Source: an uncultured bacterium (GTDB lineage Bacteria; Armatimonadota; Hebobacteria; CAIYQO01). From it: a stretch of 64,000 nt of DNA. Below are positions 19,277-29,335 of this stretch, one piece after another. Under the pieces are notes generated by a model. That model was not told where the DNA came from. It saw only the letters and a program-made list of their open reading frames with translations, and made no database searches. The translations under genes and the position numbers were made by a program. The stretch covers positions 27,975 to 91,974 of the forward strand of contig CAYYJR010000017.1 of the NCBI GenBank assembly GCA_964472305.1, given 5' to 3'. Positions within the stretch are counted from its first letter, which is position 1. The number at the start of each line of letters is the position of its first letter.

Positions 19277-21064
19277 CTACATCCGTGCGGTATTTTCCCG
19301 GCAGGCGCCTGCGCTCCCAGGGGTGCAGCCATCAGGCACTTCCGCCACCGAGTGCATTTCCGGCAGCGGGCCGTCGGCATGCCAGCGCAACTCGCCGGTC
19401 TCGAAGTCGAAACCGGCGTCGAGTCGAGCCTGCGTGGAGTGGATGTCCAGGTTGAAATAGCGCTGCCACCCGTCGAGATTTTGCAGCGTACTCGGTGCGG
19501 GGTGGGCGAGTTGGAAGGCGCAATGGTCGTTGCCGGCATCATACAGGTTGCCGTCGCAGACATTCTCCTCGCGGCGACCCAGGTAGATGCGGTGTGGGCA
19601 GCGAAAGAAGACGTTGTTATAGGCGGCGTTGGCGTGGCACACCCCGGTGCGACCGTCGTGCCGGCGATCGGCCTGGTGGAGAGTGAACATCACCGCGTAA
19701 CCCTGCACGCGGCCGAAGAAGTTGTGCGCGACCACCAGCGACTCGTTGCAATCCGCGCGCACGGCGGCGCCGGCGCCCCAGTCGATGCTATCGGCGGCAT
19801 CAGGCAGGCGAATGTCCCAGAAGATGTTGTGGTCGATCAGGTTGCGGTCGTAATTCATCTCCATGTAGATGCCACCGGTCAGCGCGGCGATGTCGGTGAA
19901 GACGTTTCGGGTGATACGGTTGTTCACGTTGCTGCAATCGAGCCAGATGCCGCCGGCGTGAGTGAGCCGGCGGAAGGTGTTGCCGCGGATAAGCGAGTGC
20001 TCTGCCAGGTGGAACTTGATGCCGCCGCATTCCCACATGCGCTCGAGGTTATGACCGCCGATCTCCTCGAACACGTTGTCCTCGATCAGCGCGTGGTGCA
20101 CGCCCAGCCCGCCGGCCAGTCCGCAGATGCCGCAATGGCTGATATGATTGCCGCGGATGCAGTGGCCGCCGGTGGGGTTGGGAATGGTTGCTTCCCACGT
20201 TTGCGCGCCGATATCCATGCCACAACCGTTTGCCCAGGCGATGCGGTTGCGCTCAATGATCCAGTGATGACCGCGCATTGTGCTGACCGCGGCGCGCTGG
20301 GGCACGGGCAGTCCGTCCGCCGCGTGCTCGAAGACAAATCCGCTGACGCGCAGATAGCCCAGTCCGAACTCATACGGCGCGAAGATTTGCTCACGCGCCG
20401 ACACTTCCAGTTGGTGTCCGGCGGGGTCGGCGTCGTCGGGCAGGCGGAAATGCAGGCGTCGGCCGGGTTCCTCTACCCAGAATGCGCCGGCCTGCGCGGG
20501 CAATTCGTGCAGGTAATAGACCTGCCGCAGCGGTTGGCCGTCAACGAAAAGCGTCCCCCGGCGCAACAGCGCCCGCTTGATGAACTCCGGATCCTTGAGA
20601 TCGCCGTAGACGGGCAGGTATTCGTAGGCGTTGCGCAACAGGAAGGGATTGTACCCGTCGGAAAACGCTTCCGGCAGCTCTGCCATCCAGATCGTCGCGC
20701 CGTTCGCCGGCGGTGCCACGCCGTAACCCGCGGTGGGGCGGATGCGCGGCTGCCATTCCTCCGATCCCTTCACCACGACACACTCGCCGGGCGCGGCTTC
20801 ATAAGCGATCATCCGGTCGGGTCCGTCGCCGCCGCGCGCCGGGCGCACGCACTCCCGGTAGATCCCGGCATGCACGATCACCTTCTCGCCCGGCTGCAAC
20901 ACGCGCGCCGCCGCATTGATGGTGCGGAACGGTGCCTCCGCGGTGCCGGGATTCGCATCATCCGCCGCCGGATGTCCCTGCGCCACATGATAGACACGGG
21001 TGTAACCGGTCGCATCGTCCCAAAAGGCGAAGCGTTCGCCGGATGGCAGCATCTCGTAATTCAT
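19277..21064 (-). CDS. Right-handed parallel beta-helix repeat protein (pectate-lyase superfamily fold)
   Basis: MNYEMLPSG... then APFRTINAAARVLQPGEKVIVHAGIYRE (DUF1565-like N-terminus). Repeated xNxxxxNxF/I turns (IRGNHISHCG, IEDNVFEEIGG, IRGNTFRRL, ITRNVFTDI, IDHNIFWDI). Confidence 0.7.
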   Translation of the reverse strand: MNYEMLPSGERFAFWDDATGYTRVYHVAQGHPAADDANPGTAEAPFRTINAAARVLQPGEKVIVHAGIYRECVRPARGGDGPDRMIAYEAAPGECVVVKGSEEWQPRIRPTAGYGVAPPANGATIWMAELPEAFSDGYNPFLLRNAYEYLPVYGDLKDPEFIKRALLRRGTLFVDGQPLRQVYYLHELPAQAGAFWVEEPGRRLHFRLPDDADPAGHQLEVSAREQIFAPYEFGLGYLRVSGFVFEHAADGLPVPQRAAVSTMRGHHWIIERNRIAWANGCGMDIGAQTWEATIPNPTGGHCIRGNHISHCGICGLAGGLGVHHALIEDNVFEEIGGHNLERMWECGGIKFHLAEHSLIRGNTFRRLTHAGGIWLDCSNVNNRITRNVFTDIAALTGGIYMEMNYDRNLIDHNIFWDIRLPDAADSIDWGAGAAVRADCNESLVVAHNFFGRVQGYAVMFTLHQADRRHDGRTGVCHANAAYNNVFFRCPHRIYLGRREENVCDGNLYDAGNDHCAFQLAHPAPSTLQNLDGWQRYFNLDIHSTQARLDAGFDFETGELRWHADGPLPEMHSVAEVPDGCTPGSAGACRENTARM

Positions 21065-21216
21065 CGCAGGCTCCCTCAGCACGCGTCCCGGTCTCAACCA
21101 TCCATGACCGGGCTACCGTGAGACGCCGCCGGCATCCGGCGTTGCTTTCATGCGTCTTCCCAACCCGATGCATCGGGCGTTTACCAGTAGCCCCCTGGTT
21201 GACCAGGGGGATGGGG

Positions 21217-22395
21217 TTACGCCGGCGCGTCGCCCCAATCCGGCACCGCAAGAATTTCACCGTCGCGCAGCGCGGATTTATGTGCCATGACGCCGGCGGC
21301 CATGTACCGGACGGCTTCCCAGGCATTGATGACCGGCTGGCGACCATGAGCGATGGCATCGACGAATTCGTGCACCAGGTAGGCGTGCGATCCGCCGTGA
21401 CCGCCGTAGACGCCTTCGTTGCCGTCGATCTTGCTGAAGGCGTCGTATACCTCCGGCGGCAGCGGATCGCGCATCTCTTCGAGGGTAAGGGAGGTCGCCT
21501 TCTCCTTGGCGATCCAGGTGTCGTTCTCGAAGGCCGCCTCGGTGCCATAGACGCGGAAGGTTTCACGAATAAGTCCGCAGTGGCGATGCTCGCAAATGCG
21601 CATGGTGGAGCCATCGCTCATCTGGAAAAGCGCGGTTTCGTTGCTGAATGGGAAGAGATTTTCGGTGAAATATGGATCATTCGCGAAGACACGCGTGCCC
21701 CAGCAGCAGACTTTCGTCGCATGGGCGCCTGTCACGCAGATCGGACCGGAAGTGGAGTGGGTGGGATAATGCATCGGCCCGTCCTGGGCGCCGCGTGCGC
21801 GATACCCATCCAGGATACTTGCCCATTCCTGTCCCGCCGCACTGGCCCGACGACTTGCCATCACCTGGCGCAAGTCGCAGCAGGGACTGTCGTAACTGTG
21901 GTAATACTCACCTTCGCTATAGATGAAATGGCCGAATGCCCCCTCGCGCGCCCGCCGCCGGCAATACATCGCCCCGGCGTGGAAATAGGTGGTTTCGCCC
22001 AGCATGTAGCGCTGGCCGGTGCGGCGGCTAGTCTCCACGATGCGGTCGCACCACTCCAGCGTCTCGTCGTCATCGGGGATGCTGATCACCGGCACCGCGC
22101 TGTAGACGTGCTTGCCGCTCTCCATCGCCTGCACCGCCTGCGGGGCGTGCAGCCAGTGCTGCGTGATGATCACCAGCGCATCGAGATCGCTCTGACAAAT
22201 CTCGTCGAGTGAAGCGTAGGCGTCGCGCGCATTGAACTTCGCCTTGAACGATTCCCGGTTGGCGAAATTCGCTACACGCTCCGGCTCCCGGTCGCACAAC
22301 GCGACGCGGTCCACCAGCGGATGGCTGTTGAACAGTTCCGCGAACGCGCTCCCGAAGGAACCCAATCCCACTAATCCCACACTGATGCCCATCAT
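21217..22395 (-). CDS. Gfo/Idh/MocA family oxidoreductase
   Basis: N-terminal Rossmann GLVGLGSFGSAF and EKP-like region SAVPV. 392 aa, located upstream of the beta-helix gene. Confidence 0.8.
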   Translation of the reverse strand: MMGISVGLVGLGSFGSAFAELFNSHPLVDRVALCDREPERVANFANRESFKAKFNARDAYASLDEICQSDLDALVIITQHWLHAPQAVQAMESGKHVYSAVPVISIPDDDETLEWCDRIVETSRRTGQRYMLGETTYFHAGAMYCRRRAREGAFGHFIYSEGEYYHSYDSPCCDLRQVMASRRASAAGQEWASILDGYRARGAQDGPMHYPTHSTSGPICVTGAHATKVCCWGTRVFANDPYFTENLFPFSNETALFQMSDGSTMRICEHRHCGLIRETFRVYGTEAAFENDTWIAKEKATSLTLEEMRDPLPPEVYDAFSKIDGNEGVYGGHGGSHAYLVHEFVDAIAHGRQPVINAWEAVRYMAAGVMAHKSALRDGEILAVPDWGDAPA

Positions 22396-22505
22396 GCTCT
22401 CCTCACGCCGGCGCTGCCGGAGATATGCCAGTGACGCAATTCAGCGCGAAGGCAGCGAAATCCTGCCGGTGAGAAAAGAAGAGGGCGGCATGGGCAAACA
22501 GTGAA

Positions 22506-22566
22506 GGCGACGACCGAGGTCACCCACGAAACATGCCGTTGCATGTGGATTGCCTCGGTCGTTGCC
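22506..22566 (-). terminator. Long imperfect hairpin downstream of thiC (candidate terminator)
   Basis: GGCGACGACCGAGG ... CCTCGGTCGTTGCC (13/14 pairs) enclosing an inner ACATGC/GCATGT hairpin, about 100 nt after the thiC stop. The trailing U-run on the minus strand is weak. Confidence 0.4.
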
Positions 22567-22664
22567 GGAGAGGCGTACATACGCTGCATGATATCCTCAC
22601 AGCCTTGCGGTGGGATTTGGTCTGAGCGCGAGCACGACGCGGACGGCGTCTCGTTTTCCCTCGC

Positions 22665-23990
22665 TTACTCGACCGTTTCGCCTGCCAGCGCTTTCGACAT
22701 GCGCATCGAGCAGAATTTCGGTCCACACATGGAGCAGTAATCGGTGCTGCAGTTCAGGCCGAGGGTTGCGGCGCGGTATTCGCGGGCACGGTCGGGATCG
22801 AGAGCGAGGGCGAACTGTGCCTCCCAGTCGAAGGCGAAACGCGCGCGTGCCATGGCGTCGTCGCGGTCACGGGCGCCGGGCAAGCCACGTGCCACATCGG
22901 CAACGTGGGCGGCAAGCTTGGCGGCGATGATGCCCTGGCGCACGTCCTCCGCGTCGGGCAAGCCCAGGTGCTCCTTCGGCGTCACGTAGCAGATCATCGA
23001 CGCGCCATACATGCCGGCCAGCGCGCCGCCGATGGCGGTGGTGATATGGTCGTAGCCGGGCGCGATGTCGGTAACCAGCGGGCCAAGCACGTAGAAGGGC
23101 GCGCCGTGACACAGCTCGTGCTCCAGCTCCATGTTGCGTTGAATCTGGTCCATCGGCACGTGGCCCGGGCCTTCGATCATCACCTGCACGTCCTGCGCCC
23201 ACGCCTGCTGCGCCAGCTCGCCCAGCACCTTCAATTCGGCGAATTGCGCGTCGTCGCTGGCATCGTGCAGACAGCCGGGACGCAGCCCGTCACCCAGGCT
23301 GAGCGTCACGTCGTAGCGCCGACAGATCGCCAGCAAATCATCAAAGCGCTCGTACAATGGATTTTGCCGACCATGATGCTGCATCCACTGCGCCATCAGC
23401 GCCCCGCCGCGCGAGACGATCTTCGTCAGTCGCGACTCGACCATCGGCACGAACTCACGCAGCACGCCGACGTGCACGGTCATATAATCCACGCCTTGCT
23501 GCGCCTGGCGCTCGATGACGCCCAGCAAATCGTCGGCGGTCAGATCGAGTGCGCTCTCTACTCCCTCCACCGCTTCGTAGATGGGCACGGTGCCGACAGG
23601 GATGGGCGCGTGGCGGATGATCGCCTCGCGGAGGGTGTGAATCTGCCCGCCGGTGGAAAGATCCATCACCGTGTCGGCGCCGTAGCGCAGGCACACCGCC
23701 AGTTTGGCCAGCTCTTCTTCGGTGCTGCTGGACAGCGCGGAGTTGCCGATGTTGGCGTTAATCTTACAGCGCACCGCGCGGCCTACCGCCGCCGGCTCCA
23801 GCTCAGGGTGATGAATGTTGGCGGGAATGACCAGGCGACCGGCAGCCAGTTCATCGCGGATCAGTTCGGGAGGGAGAGATTCACGAGCGGCCACGAAGGC
23901 CATCTCTTCGGTGATGCGTCCCTGGCGCGCGTAATGCATCTGGGTGACGACGCCGGACCGGCCTCGCACCCAGCTTGTGCGTGGTGACAT
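22665..23990 (-). CDS. thiC: Phosphomethylpyrimidine synthase ThiC
   Basis: [26 protein letters not shown] and the C-terminal Fe-S motif [11 protein letters not shown]. Start ATG 23990 is preceded by AAGGAG. The track ORF extends to GTG 24098, inside the riboswitch expression platform. Confidence 0.92.
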   Translation of the reverse strand: MSPRTSWVRGRSGVVTQMHYARQGRITEEMAFVAARESLPPELIRDELAAGRLVIPANIHHPELEPAAVGRAVRCKINANIGNSALSSSTEEELAKLAVCLRYGADTVMDLSTGGQIHTLREAIIRHAPIPVGTVPIYEAVEGVESALDLTADDLLGVIERQAQQGVDYMTVHVGVLREFVPMVESRLTKIVSRGGALMAQWMQHHGRQNPLYERFDDLLAICRRYDVTLSLGDGLRPGCLHDASDDAQFAELKVLGELAQQAWAQDVQVMIEGPGHVPMDQIQRNMELEHELCHGAPFYVLGPLVTDIAPGYDHITTAIGGALAGMYGASMICYVTPKEHLGLPDAEDVRQGIIAAKLAAHVADVARGLPGARDRDDAMARARFAFDWEAQFALALDPDRAREYRAATLGLNCSTDYCSMCGPKFCSMRMSKALAGETVE

Positions 23991-24126
23991 GTGGCGGTGC
24001 GCTCCTTTCGATAATGTTGGCCTCAACTGCCGCCGCGCACCCGTTGGCGAACCCGTACCCTGAACGCCGGCGCGCGACCGCTGTGACTGCTGAGCCACGG
24101 TGGGAAGACACGGAGAGGAGATGTCT

Positions 24127-24212
24127 GCACGTCCCTACGCCGGCATGACCCGGATCAGGTGCGGAGGGTCTCCCGACAGGTCGGGACTCTCAGCCAACGG
24201 CTCCCCTCGTGC
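24127..24212 (-). promoter_or_regulatory. TPP (THI-box) riboswitch in the thiC leader
   Basis: Minus-strand read: GCACGAGGGGAGCCGTTGGCTGAGAGTCCCGACCTGTCGGGAGACCCTCCGCACCTGATCCGGGTCATGCCGGCGTAGGGACGTGC. It contains the GGGGAGC...CTGAGA...ACCTGATCCGG.TCATGCCGGCGTAGGGA core with P1 GCACG/CGTGC. A downstream CUCCUCUCC could mask the AAGGAG SD. Confidence 0.9.
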
Positions 24213-24222
24213 TTCCGCTTGC

Positions 24223-24251
24223 AGTGTACCCCGTCGCCGGAGTGGTGTCAA
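24223..24251 (-). promoter_or_regulatory. Sigma-70-type promoter for the thiC leader
   Basis: Minus strand TTGACA-N17-TACACT, about 10 nt upstream of riboswitch P1. Confidence 0.6.
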
Positions 24252-24548
24252 ACGCCGGATGTGACAAGTGATGCGAAGTGGTGTGAAGGGATCGTCACTG
24301 TATGCAACAAGGCGAGAGTCCGGCCCGAAAACACTACCCCCGCACAGCGCTTCCTCGACGTGCGATAAAGTGGGTCATCCTACCAGGGAAATCCAATACA
24401 TGGCCGAAACATACGAAATCGTCCGTCATGTCAACGATCACAACACCCACCGCGGGTTTCTCATTCACGTATGCCATACTTGCGCCGATTGGAATCGAAC
24501 CATAGCCCGGCGGTCAACCGCCGGAACGAGGGACCGCCAGGATGCGGA

Positions 24549-25928
24549 TCATTCCGCCAGCATCTCGACGATCAGCTCCATGCGCATGGCGCGGGAACCT
24601 TTGACCAGCACCACGTCGCCGGGCTTGAGTTGCGTGAGGGCGGTGTGGGCGGCGGAGGCGTGGTCGGCGAACCACTGCGCGCGGGGATCGGCGGCGCCTT
24701 CCACGTAATCCCGTCCTAATTCGCCCACCGCGATGAGCGCATCTACCCCAAGGGTGACGGCATAGCGCCCGATGTCGCGGTGGATGGCATGCTCGGTGGG
24801 ACCCAACTCGCGCATGTCACCCAGAATGGCCATCTTGCGACCGCCGGGCACCTGGCAAAGGAATTCGAGCGTGGCGCGCATGGCGGCGGGATTGGCGTTG
24901 TAGGTGTCGTCGATGATAGTGAAGCCGCCTGCGGCGTGCACCGATTGCATGCGCCCTTTCAGCGAGCGATACGCGCGCAGGCCTCCCTGCACCTGCGCCG
25001 GTGTGGCGCCCGCGGCCAGCGCGGCGGCAGCGGCGGCCAGCGCGTTCCACACCTGATGCCCGCCCGGCGCGCCCAGCGTGATGGGCAACTCACCGCCGGG
25101 GTTGCATAATGTGAAGCGTAAACATCCATCCTCGCCCAATGCGACATGCGTCACCCAGTAATCGCAGGTTTCGTCCTCGCCGATCGTCACCACCGGGCCG
25201 CGCGCATGCTCGCACAGCAGCGCGTAAAACGGATCGCGTGCGGGAAGCACGGCAACGGCGCCCACCGGCATCTCGTCCAGCAGTTCCGCCTTCGCCAGCG
25301 CGATCTCCTGCTGCGAACCGAGCAGCTCAAGATGGGTAAGACCGATATTGGTAATGACGCCCACCGTGGGCCGTGCCAGCGACGCCAGGTAGCCGATCTG
25401 TCCGCGCCCGCGCATGCCGAACTCCAGCACTACCGCCTGGTGCTCTTCGTGCAGCGTGAACAACGTCAATGGCAGCCCCACCTCGTTATTGAAGTTACCC
25501 TGCGATTTCAGCACCGCGTGCCCCTGCTCCAGGATGGCCGCGGTCATCTCCTTGGTGGTGGTTTTGCCGGCGCTGCCGGTGATGCCGACCATCGGCACGG
25601 AGAAACGCCGTCGATGGTACTGCGCCAACTGGCCTAGCGCGTAGAGCGTGTCGGTGACTTCGATGACGTTCCAATCGCCGTGTTTCAGATAACCGCGATG
25701 AGTGCCGGACACCTGCTCCATCACCACCGCGCCGGCGGCGCCCTTTTCACGCGCCAGCGACAGGAAATCATGCCCATTGAAGCGCTCGCCGCGGATAGCG
25801 ACAAACAACTCGCCGGATTGCAGCGTGCGGGTGTCGATCGACACGCCGCTGAACCGCCGCTCCGGCCCGCTCAACAACAATTGCCCGCGCGTGGCGAGAA
25901 GAACTTGTTCCAGGGTATACGACGCCAT
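24549..25928 (-). CDS. murF: UDP-N-acetylmuramoyl-tripeptide--D-alanyl-D-alanine ligase
   Basis: SIDTRTLQSGELFVAIRGERFNGHDF, P-loop GITGSAGKTTTKEM, and a Mur ligase middle and C-terminal domain pattern. Confidence 0.9.
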   Translation of the reverse strand: MASYTLEQVLLATRGQLLLSGPERRFSGVSIDTRTLQSGELFVAIRGERFNGHDFLSLAREKGAAGAVVMEQVSGTHRGYLKHGDWNVIEVTDTLYALGQLAQYHRRRFSVPMVGITGSAGKTTTKEMTAAILEQGHAVLKSQGNFNNEVGLPLTLFTLHEEHQAVVLEFGMRGRGQIGYLASLARPTVGVITNIGLTHLELLGSQQEIALAKAELLDEMPVGAVAVLPARDPFYALLCEHARGPVVTIGEDETCDYWVTHVALGEDGCLRFTLCNPGGELPITLGAPGGHQVWNALAAAAAALAAGATPAQVQGGLRAYRSLKGRMQSVHAAGGFTIIDDTYNANPAAMRATLEFLCQVPGGRKMAILGDMRELGPTEHAIHRDIGRYAVTLGVDALIAVGELGRDYVEGAADPRAQWFADHASAAHTALTQLKPGDVVLVKGSRAMRMELIVEMLAE

Positions 25929-26052
25929 GATGCTCCCCAGGGTGAAATTACGACAACGTATTTTACCACGGACGGCCGAATTTCCCCTGCCGCCCCGGTT
26001 TTGCCCATTTGACAGCGCAGGCGCATCCGGCTATAATCTCTCCGTCAAATCC

Positions 26053-26127
26053 GGGCGCTTAGTTCAGTAGTAGAACACCTCGTTGACACCGAGGAGGTCA
26101 TAGGTGCGATCCCTATAGCGCCCACCA
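26053..26127 (+). tRNA. tRNA-Val (anticodon GAC), CCA encoded
   Basis: Cloverleaf folded by hand: acceptor GGGCGCT/AGCGCCC, D stem GTTC/GAAC, anticodon arm CCTCG-TTGACAC-CGAGG, T arm ATAGG-TGCGATC-CCTAT, discriminator A plus CCA. The T-loop reads TGC (G at position 55), not TTC. Confidence 0.9.
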
Positions 26128-26241
26128 CTTCCCCCATTATCGTTTCCCCGCGATGCAGGCATGTACGCACGACCACCATTCTTCATTATAAAAGCCGTGC
26201 CGTCGTTAGCTGCCAGATGAATCCGGCTTTTTCTTATTCCA

Positions 26242-26742
26242 CTATCGCCGCCGTTTCTTGCCCGCCTGTTCGCGTGCGTCCCGCGCCTGCTGCAGCTTGC
26301 GCGGTTCGGTGCGCATGTTAATCGGGTCAAGGGCGATGGCACGCTCGTAAGCGGCGATCGCGTCGTCATACTGCGCGTGCACCATGTAGGCGTCGCCCAG
26401 CGCGGCATGGGCGGCGGCGTTGTTCGCGTCACGCTCCAACAGGCGCCGGCAGCGGATGATATCCTCCGACGCCATCGCCTTCCGGGTGTTCCGCTCGTGG
26501 TAAATCCCCAGCAACGGCGTGAATGCGATGAAGAGCAGGAACAGCACGGAGTAAGCCAGTCCGAGAAACGGCGCCCCGGTGGCGAGGATGAAGAAAATCA
26601 CCCCGTGCGCGGCCAGCGCGCTGAGGGCCAGCGGCGTGCTTAGCAGGCGATCCTCCAGCCATACGCGGAGCAACCAGACCAGCGGCACAATAAGGCCCAG
26701 TGACAACAGGCCGATGACGAGCAGCAGACTTCCGGTGATCAA
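26242..26742 (-). CDS. Small membrane protein with C-terminal TPR-like repeat
   Basis: Three TM helices (ITGSLLLVIGLLSLGLIVPLVWLL...) then AHAALGDAYMVHAQYDDAIAAYERAIALDP (TPR). Start is uncertain. TTG 26742 (AAGGA 9 nt upstream) is preferred because longer versions (ATG 26877, track 27015) would overlap the thrS promoter and leader. Confidence 0.5.
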   Translation of the reverse strand: MITGSLLLVIGLLSLGLIVPLVWLLRVWLEDRLLSTPLALSALAAHGVIFFILATGAPFLGLAYSVLFLLFIAFTPLLGIYHERNTRKAMASEDIIRCRRLLERDANNAAAHAALGDAYMVHAQYDDAIAAYERAIALDPINMRTEPRKLQQARDAREQAGKKRRR

Positions 26743-26821
26743 CGTCCGTGTTCCTTGCAAAGGGAGTCTCTTGACTATACGGGCGGCGGCGGGAACTGTC
26801 AAATCGCACGACACGGCGTAT

Positions 26822-26850
26822 TTGACAAGCAGGCAGGCGGGCCCTATACT
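26822..26850 (+). promoter_or_regulatory. Near-consensus sigma-70 promoter for the thrS leader
   Basis: TTGACA-N17-TATACT. Predicted TSS is near 26856-26858, about 155 nt upstream of the thrS ATG. Confidence 0.7.
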
Positions 26851-26901
26851 TTGTACGTGATAAATGGTCGCAGGCATGCTGCCCGCTGTGAGGCTGAGCT
26901 C

Positions 26902-26925
26902 GTGACGACTACCCGGAGACGATAG
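26902..26925 (+). CDS. Candidate thrS leader peptide M-T-T-T-R-R-R (GTG start); a longer in-frame version could start at GTG 26857
   Basis: GTG ACG ACT ACC CGG AGA CGA TAG. GAGG lies 8 nt upstream of the GTG. Three consecutive Thr codons sit immediately 5' of the antiterminator arm. Confidence 0.35.
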   Translation: MTTTRRR

Positions 26926-26956
26926 CGCGCATCCGGGATTTTGCCCTGTCAATACC

Positions 26957-26987
26957 AAACCCCTCCCGGATGCGGAGGGGTTTTTTT
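26957..26987 (+). terminator. Intrinsic terminator (attenuator) inside the thrS leader
   Basis: AAACCCCTCC-CGGATGC-GGAGGGGTTTTTTT ends 27 nt before the thrS ATG. An 11-bp alternative helix (26928-26938 CGCATCCGGGA with 26964-26974 TCCCGGATGCG) excludes the terminator stem. Confidence 0.75.
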
Positions 26988-27013
26988 GTGCTGATTTTTG
27001 AACGGAGGTATCC

Positions 27014-28954
<1,941 letters not shown>

Positions 28955-29015
28955 GGAACGAAACGCCGTTCAGGCGCGAACACCCACCCCATCAGCCCCG
29001 TCTCCCGAGTCTAAT

Positions 29016-29116
29016 GCAACACGTGGAAATGGACTTCCACGTGTTGCACCCCGCGTCCTGCCAACGACGGGGCCACCGCCACCAGGAACCTGGCAAAAGC
29101 GGAATCACATGGTGAA
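29016..29116 (+). repeat. Intergenic structured repeat, copy B (similar to 5810..5903)
   Basis: Perfect 13-bp hairpin GCAACACGTGGAA-ATGGAC-TTCCACGTGTTGC 62 nt after the thrS stop, a second hairpin CCCCGCGTC...GACGGGG, CCAGG-AAC-CTGG, then AAAAGCGGAATCACATGGTG. Confidence 0.7.
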
Positions 29117-29291
29117 GATGTGCACTGAGAGATGGCGCTGTTGAATGCGAACGCAACATGATACCGTTGGAAACGGGGCTCGGGTGAAGACTCCTCCTTG
29201 CAGCCGGCCTTATTCAAAGCGATGACAGTTCCTCTGGTGCAGTTACGATCTGTCAGTCATTCAGCCGGATACACTGATCCGCCACCTTTCC

Positions 29292-29319
29292 TTGACATCC
29301 CTCCCACCCATGGTACAAT
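29292..29319 (+). promoter_or_regulatory. Sigma-70-type promoter upstream of the channel gene
   Basis: TTGACA-N16-TACAAT. The -10 box overlaps the ATG at 29318, which argues for the downstream ATG at 29336 as the start. Confidence 0.55.
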
Positions 29320-29335
29320 GCAGACACCGGACCAA

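Noticed and set aside
24470-24545. tRNA-like fragment on the minus strand between murF and the thiC promoter: GGTTCGATTCC T-loop-like motif next to a perfect 7-bp hairpin CCGGCGG-TTGA-CCGCCGG.
   Set aside because: No acceptor stem can be formed. The T stem has only 3 pairs, the hairpin loop is 4 nt (not an anticodon loop), and the total length is too short. More likely it is the murF 3' hairpin plus a chance T-loop match. A decayed tRNA 3' half (old att site) cannot be excluded, but no integrase or direct repeat is nearby.
26855-26990. T-box riboswitch as the thrS leader mechanism.
   Set aside because: The leader is only about 155 nt. There is no AGAGA/GNUGGUA T-box sequence, no specifier-loop stem I architecture and no UGGN bulge in the antiterminator. 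The structure is a simple two-helix switch preceded by a Thr-codon mini-ORF.
29016-29116. Idea that repeat copy B is a c-di-AMP (ydaO-type) or other riboswitch controlling the downstream K+-type channel (contains ACGGGG and GGAATC strings).
   Set aside because: The channel's own promoter lies downstream of the element. Copy A precedes an unrelated GH13 gene. The two copies are similar even in loops (repeat-like rather than motif-like). I could not place the pseudo-two-fold ydaO core.
29198-29335. Upstream extension of the channel ORF (track start 29198; also ATG 29318).
   Set aside because: The extension is non-hydrophobic and unlike channel N-termini. A TTGACA-N16-TACAAT promoter sits inside it, with its -10 overlapping the 29318 ATG. 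Start moved to 29336 (moderate confidence).
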